DNA from: Octopus sinensis
Lineage: Eukaryota
Length of the DNA: 64,000 nucleotides
Direction of reading: 5' to 3'
Assembly (NCBI RefSeq): GCF_006345805.1
Contig: NC_042997.1
Location: 97,402,001 to 97,466,000 of the forward strand
Part shown: positions 1-12,848 of the stretch, in pieces
Numbering within the stretch: the first letter of the stretch is position 1
How the letters are laid out: every line of letters begins with the position of its first letter
The notes under the pieces: model-generated
Seen by the model: only the letters and a program-made list of their open reading frames with translations
Database searches by the model: none
Told to the model about the DNA's origin: nothing
Program-made: the position numbers and the translations under genes

Positions 1-1076
1 CTAATTGGGCCTGTTGCCCAAAACTAAAGAGAGCTAAATAACATGACTATAATACATCTATAATGACTATATGGTGTTTGGTCAGAGGTTAAGGATGGAT
101 GAGAATTAATTCTGTAATGCAATCATTCTGTTGTTCCAATCCCAAGTTGAATTCCAACTGTTGGCCAGTTTGTCCCAAAGTTCTTATCTCAATATAAAAT
201 TAATGAATTAAATGTCGTTTATCTCTCCCTTGATTTCTGACATCATCTGACACATTCCAACCAAGATGGCATGACTCAACCAAGCTTTACCTGCTAGAAA
301 TAGCAACCCAAATACTTTTAAATCAGATCCCAATGCTGTATGTTCAAGAACCAAATGAATCCCAGAATCATCTTGATTCTAAAAAGTATACTATGTCTAT
401 GTACAGCAAATGTAGACTGAGATACAGGGGTACCAGATGGACAGACAGAACTTCACTTTTATTATTATAGATATATAAAATTTAACGCCCATTTTCCATG
501 CTGGTTTGGATTGAATGGTTTGAGTGACAGGATCTGGCAAGCCATAGGGCTGCGCTGAGCTCCAGTGTCAGCTTTGGCATGTTTTCTATGATTGGGTGCC
601 CTTTCTAATGCAAACCACCTTACAATGCATACTGGGTGCTTTTCTTCATGCCAATAACACCAGTGAGGTTGTTGGATAAGCTACAAGATAGAAAAGGACA
701 GAAAAGCGAAAAGTCCCCATGGCTATGTGGGAAGTTGAAGGTTTTATGAAGTAGGAGGTGGCTTTATGCCTGGTACTGACAGCTAGAGTATGGTAGAGGG
801 ACAAGAACAGGTATCTTGCTACAGAGGAAACACATGGCTGCCTTACATTTTATAAAGGTGATTAGTAGTAATTAGGGAAAATATAAAGAAGAAAGGTGGT
901 AGTGATGTGCCAGAACAAACTCTCAAGGTAGGTAAGCATATGAGTGGATACTGACAGTGGATCAAAGGGGCTCAGATGGGGATAATTTAATGAGAATGTA
1001 AGGGGAGAGAGTAACAAATGGTGGGCAGAGGTGAATATATTGAATGATGTACAAGAGGTGAGGTTTTTAGGAAATA

Positions 1077-2309
1077 CAGAGTGGCCCAAAAGTCACTAAG
1101 CGATTTCAAAATTTAAAAACTGTATTTTTCAGTTTAAATTAACAATACCATTATATTTTATAGAGTAAATAGGGGAAAAAAAGTACTTGTGAAAGATTAA
1201 TGTTTCAAGTGGCATCCTTGTTCAGTTTTGCACAAACTTGCTCTTTTGAAGGTATTTTTCATCACAGCCCTCAGGTGCACTGATTTCTGTTTGAACATTG
1301 ACCTTCAGCTGTTGGAGAGTCAGAGGGTTGTTGACATAAACCTTTTCTTCAAGATAGCCCCAGAGGAAAAAATCCGGGCTTGTCAAATCCAGGGAATGCA
1401 GTGGCCAGTTTATATCACAACCACAAGAAATTATTCTGTCTCTAGAAATTTGCCCAACAAGCTGGATTGGGGTGGCCCTTGCCAAATGAGCTGTTACTCC
1501 ATCTTGTTGGAACCATATGTCAGATTTATTTTGAAGTGATGGCTGATATTGGTCTCCTATCACAGTAACATGATTGCAGTATTGTCTTCCAAAAAGTGAG
1601 GTTTGATCACCTCATGTTAACTCACTCCATACCATATACTTAATGGGGTGCAATTCTTTTTGGACAATCACTGTAAGATTTTCCAAACCCCAAATCCTGA
1701 AATTTTATATGTTAAAGCCATTTAAATGAAAATGTGCTTTGTCTGACATTATCAGTTTGTGGATTAATTCAGGATCTTCTCTTGCTAATTCTTGAATTCT
1801 AACTGCATATTGCAGTCTCTGATCATCTCATGGTTTCAAGTATAGCACTAACTGTATTTTGTATGAAGACAGGTTGATTCTCTTAAGAATTTGTTAGAAT
1901 GACATCAAAAAGATCTCAACTTATAGCCTCCTCAAGTTGATGTGCTTTAATCTTCTTTGACTCTCTCTCTTATTCACTCAACTACTCCTTTGTTCCTCAC
2001 TGAACATGGTGTACCACTTTGTGGATGGTCAATTACTGAACCTTTACTCTCACAATGGTGAATCAAATTCCTAATCATGGAATCACTTGGAGAATCTCCT
2101 AATGTAATGGTGATGATATGCTTGTTGAGTTTGAATCATCAATCCTTGGTTTGGGTAAAAAAATTTCATTTGTGTTCATTGTTTAGTTGTGTATTTTTCC
2201 ACAATTAATTTCCAAAGCCTCTTTCATAAAATTCCTGAAAGAAAAGGAAAAAAGTTAATAAACAAAAATATATTAAACAGTCAGACCTTGTAACTTTTGG
2301 GTCATCCTG
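1077..2309 (-). mobile_element. Decayed Tc1/mariner-superfamily DNA transposon (DD41D/rosa-like spacing)
   Basis: TA-flanked imperfect TIRs cagagtggcccaaaagtcac / gtaacttttgggtcatcctg. Transposase remnant WFQQDG.TAH...WP..S.DL..PDFFLWGYL (ORF 1222-1563), 42 aa between 2nd and 3rd D. Rest interrupted by stops. Confidence 0.88.
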
Positions 2310-4222
2310 TATCAGTGTGGAGAGGGAGTAAGGTAAGAGAGATTGCAGTAGCTCAGGAATGAGGATAGATTATAAGATAGGGAGGTAATGTACAAAGTGT
2401 AGGAGTGATGTAGACAGAGGTGTGTTTCATGGGTAGACCTGATGGGAAATATGAGAGGGTGTTGAGGATGATAGGTGCAGGAGGTGATAAGCTGAAGTAT
2501 GGTAGCAGAGAAAGCTATCTGAAGGCATAGAATGATGTTCAGTGAGAATTAATTCAATGCTTTTAGCATTCAGATTACTCTGTCAAATGTAATGCCTTTT
2601 TATTCATATTGTTTTAAATTAATCATTCATTAGTCCAATAATTTGAAAATTTGTTAAGTAAAAGCTGACTGTTCTGTTAAAGGTACCAGTTATTGAAAGG
2701 GTTACTGATTTATATCTGACCATGTTAGTGTGCTGTGTTCCTGGTTATGAGATTTAAAACTTACGTCAAGACTGGAATTTACAAATGAATAATTATATGT
2801 ATATATATATATATATACACACACAGAAGGACACATAATTATTGAATATTTTATTTTTATTTTATTTGTTTAACTGTTGCCATGCTGGAGCACTGCCTTT
2901 AGTCGAACAAATCGACCCAAGACGTATTCTTTGTAAGCCTAGTACTTATCCTATCAGTCTCTTTTGCTGAACCATTAAGTTACTGGGACATAAACACACC
3001 AACATCAGTTGTCAAACGATGGTGGTGGGGACAAACACAGACATACAAATACATACACACACACATATATATACAACAGGCTTTCAGTTTCCATCTACCA
3101 AATCCACTCACAAGGCTTTGGTCAGACCAAGGTTATAGTAGAAGACACTTACCCAACGTGCCACGCGGTGGGACTGAACCTGGAACCATGTGGTTTGTAA
3201 GCAAACCACTCCTGCACCTATATACAGCCACTCCTGCACCTATATTTCTTAATTTTTCTACTGAAAATATATATCCAAAAAGAGTGATAATCTTTTAAAT
3301 ACTGTTTTGTGTATAGAAAACTATCATGCAGTGATACCTCTAGGTAACACCAGGCATTATTTCAAATATAGAAAGATAGAGATCTTTATTATTAAAGGCA
3401 AAATAGTAATAAGGTAAATAATCTTTTGAGAGCATTTAGTTAAAAATTTCATTGATATTATGTTTTATTTATACTTCATCATCATCAGCTTCAGCATCAG
3501 CAACAACAAAAAAGCATTGGATTAGCAAAGAAGTAGAAAAAATAGTTTTGTGGAATTTAGTTACATCCCTTTATTCAATTCCTGCCAAAGTTGATATTTA
3601 TCTTTCTGTGTCAATACCCTACTGGTTAAGTATTGAAGATAATCTAATTATATCTTTCTGCCTTTGTTAGTTTAGAGAGAGGATGTGGGACTGGCAGAAT
3701 TATTAGAGTATTAGACAAAGTGTATTTGTTCTAGCTCTTTATATTGTGAGTTCAAATCCTGCCAAGGTCAACTTTGCTTTTCATCCTTTCAGGGTCATTA
3801 AATATAAACTACCAGGTCAGTATTATGGTCCATTTAAATGACTAATCTCTCCTCCCATATTTCTAGCCTTGTATACCTATATTAGAAATGATAGTTGTTA
3901 TTAACACTTTAATATTCAAGCCAGCCATAGTGGACCCAAATATTCTACCTGTTTTGTGTTCAGACTGACAATATCAGGCCTTTCACAACTACCCTGCAAT
4001 GTTGTTCTTATTCTAAAAGTAAACAAATACACCATCAAAATCTCAAATCTACAAGATAATACATGATCAATTCAAGGCAATTTGAATAAATAAACATTAC
4101 ATTTGACAGAATATGGTCAGTTTGAACACAAAACAGGTAGAATCAGTGGTGGGTGATGTGATACAAAATCCTTTTATGCTTCACTTGTTTTTTTTTATTG
4201 TTTTAAACATTTTCTTTTTTAG

Positions 4223-4862
4223 GCCGTTGATCTTCATCTCCGCCTGCGACGAGTGGTTGACTTCACAGAAGGTAGTATATATGGCTGGATGTCAGATAAA
4301 ATACATGACTCAACCCTTGCTCACTTAATCGGGCGGTGTACAGAACTGGAATACATTTATGGCTTCCACCCTCATTACATTGGCCAGCGGAGGCAGCGAG
4401 GAGTTAATATGTTAAGTATACCTGGTGTCGTTCATGCCATGTCATCAGCTCCAAAACTGAAAGGGATCGAAATTTCAGATATTTTCTTGTTGGAAGCTAT
4501 TTTGAAATATCTCCCCAAGCTTGAAATTTTGGGCACATTTAAGAACCGTGACTGTTTCTTCCCAATTTTCTGCAACAACAAACTGTCCCTGCTTTCAAAT
4601 CCTTTGATTACATCCTTGCACCTCACTGGAGTTGTCATACCTGAATTACCTCGTATGCAAACTTTGAAGCACTTGTATCTACGCTTTGTACGGCTCACTC
4701 AACACCAACCATTTCGTGACTTTGCTGCTCCTTCCCTGCGGACTTTTGTTATGGCCCATTGTGCCGGACCTATCAACCCTCTAAGGCATGTCCCGTTGAT
4801 CACATCTTTGGCTATGGCAAAGTCACTTCAACGTTTGGAGCTACTCAGGGTGCCATTTCTAG
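4223..4862 (+). CDS. FBXO38: FBXO38 exon ([14 protein letters not shown]...[10 protein letters not shown])
   Basis: Acceptor ttttttag at 4221-4222, donor gtgagt at 4863; LRR-like region. Confidence 0.93.
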
Positions 4863-7800
4863 GTGAGTATTTTTATTTCATGTTTTTCAAAAATTTTTTC
4901 TCTGCGAATAATGGAAGTGTGTGTTGCTGGCAATCACTAGACAGATGTCTCTGCTCTTCTGATTTTGTCAGCTGGATTCTGTTTGTCACCCAAACATATT
5001 CGATATATCTATCTGTCTTTCTTTCATCACCTCCATATTTCACATACCAGAACTCAATTTTCCCAATCCTTTCTATCAAAATTTGCATTTCTCTGAGGCT
5101 ATCTCCTATATATATGTGTATGTATGTATGTATATATGGGCATATATGCATATACATATGCATATTCAATTGATTCATTGAACTTTAAGGACCAGATCAC
5201 AAAGTGGTGGTGTCATTATTTATTATATGTATATTTGTGTTGGTGTGTGTATACATGTATGTATGTATATATTTATGTGTGTATGCATATAGCACAGGAA
5301 TATCACTTGAAAAGATATGAATACCATTCAAGATGTTTTGTCTGCAACACCAATAACTGGTAATTATTTAGTAAAGGACCAAAATTGAATTTGTTAGAGA
5401 ATTTTGATATTCTACTCACCTGTACTTTTATAAATGTATCATCTAATACATTTTTATGTAATTTTTATCCTAGGTGGACTAATTCAGCATATTGTGGATG
5501 ACAGTTGGCGTGTACAGGGCTTTCGAAACCTGCAGGCTATTACATTTGGTGCCTGTAAACATGCTTTGGAAGTGGATCTTGGTTTTCTAATTATTACCTG
5601 TGAAGCAAAGTACGAAACCTTTCTTTACTTTTTTTTCATTCACTTTTCTTAATTTTCTATTAACTTATTGATTAAATGAACTGACTACTTTTTACCTCTT
5701 GAGATTATGTACAGGTTTACCTGATTTTGTATGCCATGAACTATAAATTTTTCTAGCTGTTGTGTTTAGCAGCCTCAGTTCTCTGAGTGTCACTAGAGCA
5801 GCCCTAGAAACTTCCATCCACATTTGATCAACTTGTCGTAAGTTGATAGTGGAACATCTACATAGGCACTCTGTCACTCAAAATATAACAGCTAAATCTT
5901 GCTCAAACTTATTATTTTCTTTAGTGTACATGGACCACATTATAGACAGAAATTCTTTAATGAATTATGTAATTCTAGTCTTAGGACAGTATCTTCAACA
6001 ACAAAGACAAAATGGCCTCAGTAAGAATGCCAATCATATGGCTCATTGAATCCTTGCTACTTTAACCTCCATGCCATAGGTTTACTGTAATAGAACTAAT
6101 TAATGTTTAATGGGATGGGTTATTTTTAAATGTTGGAGAAATGTGTTTTACAACTTGGTGCTTTCTTTTTGTTAGCCAACAGTGAAGTAGAATTAAAATT
6201 TCTTTTTATCAGACATAACATTTTAAGTTATGTACCTTCCTCATTAGCTTAATTTAATGATTCTTGATGGTAGGGTTTGAACTCTTAACCATGTAGTCAG
6301 TAGTCTAGTATCTTAACCTCCTGTACACAAATGAAATTACTAGTGTTACATAAAGATATATAACATCTTGTAATTCATCACAGATACTCATTTGCAACAG
6401 CTATAGGATGGACTTTTGAAATGTTATATCTACTGATGATAGAAAGGACTGGCTCTGTGTTTCACTTAACCTGCTAAAAATAGTAGCTAAAGCTCTGCAA
6501 ATCATGTTCTACCATAAAGAACATACTGGTGAATATGATCAAGGTTTACTTTCAGAAATTTGAAGGAAATGAAAGCTGTTGTTTACTTAGGCACAGATGA
6601 TCATTTGTTTCAGACCCCTAGGAAACCAGCCCTTGTGCTCAGTAGTCACATCTATGTCCTCTACCACTGAGACTGATGAGCCAATGAGGGGGACATTGCA
6701 TAATGACTTGACCTGCTAGAAGTAGCAGCCAAATCTTTAAATCACACCCTTCAGCTTAAGAACAGGACACCTTCTATAATATAATCCTAGATAAAATTGG
6801 ATAGTTGTTAAAGGATAGCTTTTTATCATAGGCCTGCTCAGCTAGGGCTGACATGGAGAGCTAAAAAGCCACAACTATTGGAATTGATTCATTGAACTTT
6901 AAGGACCAGATCACAAAGTGTCGGAACATTATTAATTATGCAATATACTGTTAAGATATTTTATTTCTTACATTTTTTTTCCCTACATATTTTCTTCAAT
7001 GTTTTAATAACTTTTTCTCCTTCTTTCTAGACTAACCGATCTATGTGTGCAGCCATCTCTAACAAAGGACAACCTCTTCTCTGCTCTCACTATGGCTGAA
7101 GTTACATTCCCAAATTTCAAGTCTTTAACTTTAGGTTTTGTAGACTCTTTCCCTGAACCAGGTAAGCCGACAATACTATTATTCAACCATTCTATGAGGC
7201 TAGAAATAGAAATAACAGAAAAAATATGACATATGTATACTCTTTAGAATGCCTTCATTTCTATTTCTTTGTAATTTTAATTTTAGATGTAAACTATATT
7301 TACTTTTTATTTTTTAGGTAAATGGACTGCTGAAGAACTTCTGACAGAAGGTCTGGTTGAAGTACAAGAGAATCCAGCTATGATCACAGATATTGGGATG
7401 AAGGCAGTGGGACGTTGTTTTCCATCTGTTAGCCATATGGAAATCTATAATTGTCCTCACCTTCATTACCCAACTTCTTGGTTTCATCCAGGTGATAATA
7501 TATTTTTTTTAATTTAGTTAAGAGGTACAGTGGCTATAAGTTTAAAAGTGTTAGGTTATTAATTAGAATATATTTTGAATTTATTGAACCCTATGGCTAC
7601 TGAGTGAAGTTGAGTAGAAAAGGCTTTTAACCTTACTAAATCATCTTATCTATCTTCACAAAAATTGTAATTGTTTTGAAACCAACTAAAATTATCTTAG
7701 AATTTAATTTAGTGAATCATTTTGTTTTTCAGTTCAACAATAATGTAGAATTAAAATTGAATTTCTTTTTTTATTCAATGATTTTTATTTCTCATAATTT

Positions 7801-10800
7801 AACAAAAAAGATTTCATATTATTCTAGTGTCACAATTTTTCACATTCAGTTTCAAAGATATTTTAAAGCACAGTAAATCTGACATTTGCATTCAGGTATA
7901 ATGTGAGATAAGCATATTTGAAATTAGTGTTCTGAGTTATCATAAAGCTCACCTTAACATGATACTGTACAAACTTGGGTCCATGTCAAACTTTTGTGTT
8001 CTAAAGTAGTTGGCTGCTTTTCAGATTTCCAGGTTCATTTCATTTAAATGACCAATGTCCTTTAAAAGACTATGAAAATCAACACAATTTCATTTTCAAT
8101 TTTTTTAATATGTAATCTAAGATCTTTAGTGAAATTTGGTTTTATTGTCATGTTATGCAAATATTATGAAAGGAAGTGGAAAAGATTCAAAGTTGTGTCA
8201 TGTGGCGTAATAGATGGTTGCCAAGATAGACAAATGATGTAAGATGTGAGATGATGTAGTTGTGTTGGATTCAGGCTGTGTATAATGAATATACATCTGT
8301 GAATGATTAGCAGAACTTTATTTCACTGCACAAATAATTTTCATGTTGATCATGAGTTAGAAATTGCAACAACAAAGTTTACACACTGGAAAGAATATTA
8401 TTTAGCTCTTACAAACAGTTGATGAATAAGGCTTTGTAGTTAAGCTGCCAAGACAGGAGAAAATATACCATGCTGGTTTCATGTCATTGAACCATTGCAG
8501 CATGTCTAGGTTGAGTAAGAGCCATGATAAGGACTGTTAAAAGCAGCTAAAGCAGTGTGATTAGCTTAGCTGTGACTGACCACAAACTGAAGAGGTGAGA
8601 TGTGTGAAAGTGAATTGGCAGGTCTCTGCGTGGATATACCTGATAAGAGTGGAGGTGCATTATCGCCCAGATGTGCTGTTTATAGGCCTTGTTAAGGAAC
8701 ATTTTATAGACCTCTAGAAAGATGCTTCACATGATGTCTGGGTGCTGGCTGGTTTATAACTCAGAGCTGATCACATGAAAGGCTGTTACTAAGCCGTGAT
8801 TTTAACTTGGCAGTTTGTCGACTCGGTTTCAAATCTTACTACAGTTGAATAACAAATATCAAAAACAACAATTGAAGCATATGAACTGAATTGTAATATT
8901 CATAGTTGCTCAACATATTCATATGTATACTTATTAATAGTGCAAAGCAATGTTCAGCTGATTTTTCTGTCATTGGTTACCTGTATTATACAAAGTCTGA
9001 ATATTTATGCATCTTAGTATATATAAAACCCATCCTAACATATGGTTGTATAACCTGAATTATCAAACTAAGTACAAAAGCTTGTCAGTACTGCATAGAT
9101 GTGTCTCTTAAGTAAAAACCTAAAAGTGTTCTATGCTAATGAGCAAAGACCAACTGAAAGCTTCATGACAACATAAAGAAACAACAAGCTCAGTTCACTG
9201 GACACCATATGAAAAGAACGAAAAAACCTTGAGGACTCGGTGACAACCAAGAAACTGGAAGGAAGAAGAAATCAGAGAAGACAGAGAAAGAAATACTTTA
9301 TGACTTGATAATTAATGGTTTTACCATCTGGTTTCAAAGAGGACCAACCCAATAATATACTAAATTGAGTGTGGGACAGGAGGGCGTGGAAGTCCATGAT
9401 CATCCATGCCAGTTGGCATAACATATGAAGATGATTATTGATTATAAAAACTCAAGTGCTTCCCATAAACTTTGTTATAGATAGCTTTTAATTAGATGTA
9501 CTTTTGCATATATTAGTTGATGTCTTTTGAATTTGTGTAAAAATGCAATTTTTTTTCCCCTCCTTTTACTTTTATCAGATACCAATTGCTGGTCAAACTT
9601 GAAGAATTTACATCTCAGAAGATGCCATGCAATACGGCTTGAAGATTTAAATGCATTTATACCAATGCTTCCATCTTTGTTGTCCCTACATTTAGAATTT
9701 ATGCTGAGAGAACCACCGAAAGGCTGTGCAAGGTGAGTGGGTTTTTTTTTTTTTTGTACTCATTTTTATCTCACTGAATTTCCCTGAAGTATGTTTCACT
9801 TTTTGCTCTTCACTACAGCAGAATGGTTTAAAGGATTGTTATAAAATAAAACATAATTTAGTTGGCCAAAAAATGCTTCGTGTATAAATTTGAACAGGTC
9901 TAGAATTAATTTTTTTTTTAGTGTCAATGTATAATTATAACATTGACAGGATCTCATTCAAATCTGAAGGAAGAGTGTCATCATATTAGCAATAAATGTG
10001 CATAAATTAAATAACTACTAAAGTAACATTTAGTTATGTCACTTAACCCTTTAGTATTCAAATTACTCTGCCAAATGTAATACTTATTCATTCACTTCGT
10101 TTTGAACTAATCATGCATATTAACTTGTAGCTTTGAGATTTCTATGATGTGGTTGCTTATTTTTAGATGTGAGAGGTCAGATCTGGCTAGTCTGAACATA
10201 AAACAAGTAGGGTATTTCAGTCTGATATGGGCAGTTTAAATGCTAAAAGGTTAAGGTGTTTTTTTGTTTGTGTCTTTTAACAGAGTTGGCCTTAGTGCTG
10301 GGACTGGGCTTGGAGTTTCATCTGCTCTTGTACAGAATAATGGAGCCGATGCCCATAACCAACCAAATGCTGCAGGTGCTGGGGCTGCAAATAATCAAGG
10401 GGACCAACCTCCAGCTCAAGCTGCTCCTGTGCCTCCAGCAGCAGCAGCGGCCGCAGCAGCACCTGCGGAAGCAGAACCTCAACACAACAATGCAGAGGCT
10501 GAAGCAGCAGCAGCATACCCTCCCCCTCCTCCTCCAATGTCACCTCCTCCATTGCCACCTTCACCCCCACCGTTGCCACCTTCACCGGAACAACCTCCAC
10601 CACCCCTACCACCACCTCCTGACCAACTTGCACCATTGGCAACATCAGCACAACCATTGTCACCACCGCTATTGCCTGAACACTCAACTTCACAGTCACC
10701 ACTCCCGCTCTCTCGAGATTCTTCCCCCCATCAATCACCTGTACATTGTTCGTCACATCCCATCTCCACTTCTCAGTGTTCTACACCTTCAACCAGTCAC

Positions 10801-12814
10801 AACTGTGTAGCCCCATCTCAGCAGGATTGCGCCACCAATGTTGCGGGTAGCAGTTCTGGTTCAGTTCCAAGACAGAGTGGGAAGAAAAATAGTCTTCTAC
10901 GTAGTAAAGAAAATTCTAGCAGCAGTCAGAAATCATGTGAAATCAATGATAAGAAAAGTCAAGACGGTGAGTCATCTTCTGAAGATGGGCAGAGAATTGA
11001 ACCTGGGGACAGCAGTTCAAACAGACATGTGCCTAACCAACTGGCTATAGGTAATAATCACAGTTATCTGACAGAGCAGAACAACTTGTACTCAGCTGTT
11101 AAGGCTGGTCCCTCAGGACTTAATCATACTTGTTGTTGTACTTCTGTCATTGCAAACAAACGGGTCAACCATCATTTTGGTAAGCATTTAGTTTTTGTTT
11201 TTTGGTTTTTTTTCTTCTTTTTGTTTAAGAAAGCCCTTTCTGAAACCATATTTCTTACTTGAATATCTCCTGCTTTTGCATTTCTAGAATTTTTTTAATT
11301 CAAGAATTTAGAACATTACTAACTTTATTTATTTATTGAGTCTCACAGATATGATAGTCTCACAGAGACGATAGGTGGTGACTAAGACTTTTGGTGGTTT
11401 GCTATGCTTGAGAAGACATTTTGAGCTAAGTGAAATCGTATTCATGGCTAGTGCTGGTGGCATGTAAATGGCACTTATGACATGTAAACAGTACCTGTAC
11501 TGCTGACACATTAAAGGCATCCAGTACACTGTGGAGAAGTTGGCTTAATGAAGGACGTCCAACCATAGAAACCAAACCATGGTTTCTATAACTGGTAAGC
11601 TGGAGAGCTCTCTTGCTTACCAGTTCTAGTCAAATGATCTAACCTATGCCACCATAGGAAATGGATGCTAAATGATGATGATATTAGATGCAGACATGAC
11701 TGTACCATTAAGAAGCTTGATTCAAAACCATGTGCTTTTAGATTCCATTCATTGTTTGGCACCTTGAGCAAGTAACTTGCATTATAGCTTTGGGCTATTT
11801 GCTGCTGAGTCTGCTGTGAATGATAAAATTCACCATAAGCAACAACAACTCTAAGACAGATCAACCTCCTATCTGGAGAAAAAAAATCTTTCATTTGTTT
11901 AATGTTATAGATACTAGAGCTGAGCACTAACATAATAGATCATTATGATTTTAGATTACCTGTTCTTTTCCTTTATTCTTTAACATTTCTCATCACACAA
12001 TTGTTTTAGTGTAGCTTAATTGTGGTAAATATGCTGTACTATTCACTTTGTGGTCATGCATTCAATCTTTACTAAAGTCATTTCATTGTATTAATGAACA
12101 GAAAACTTACATTATCCTGCTTATCTCAAATCATCTCATATACAGTTTATTCGATGGTTGAGTGGTTAGCAGTAGGAAGACATAATAGTGTGTAAATTTA
12201 TACTGAAGAAAAACCAAATCCTCTTAAAACTTTTTATGAAAGCATTAGAGCAAAAACAGGTTAAAGCTTTTATTGAATCCATGATCTCTACCCATACAAA
12301 ACTGTTTTTTTCTATGTTGTCTGAATAGTGGTTTTCAACAACAGTTCAAGACCACAAAGTGTGAAGAGAATTTTATTTATTTCTTGCACTTGTGTGTATT
12401 TTATCAATTTGTTTGGGTGAAAGGCAATGAGATATGAACTCAGACTAAACAGACAGAGCTCTAAATACAACAAAACTTCTAATTTGGTACTTCACTGCTT
12501 CTTGCATTTTGGTATTTGCAATGTTGTCTAAATACTAAATTTTATTAACTGCTTTAAAATATGTTTTGTATGTATTTTATTATGCAATATAAATTTTATC
12601 TGAGAATATTTTGTATATTGACATATTTAAAATGAAAAAAAAAATGATTATTTAAAAAACAGGTACTCCTAAAAGAATAGAGGCTAGGTAAATACTGTTG
12701 CCTCTTTCTTTGGTGTAATTCATCCTCATTCTCTAGCATAACACTACCTCTCTCTCTTTCATGCATGCATAAGATACCGATGTCTCTCACATAAGATACT
12801 TTTGTCTCTACCAT

Positions 12815-12848
<34 letters not shown>

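Noticed and set aside
390-471. Third Helitron (5' end tctataataataaaagtgaag on -)
   Set aside because: The 5' end resembles the 54745 element but no 3' hairpin or CTAG was found, so it was not called.
8585-8615. Hammerhead-like ctgaaga...gaaa
   Set aside because: The intervening sequence cannot form stem II and flanking stems are absent.
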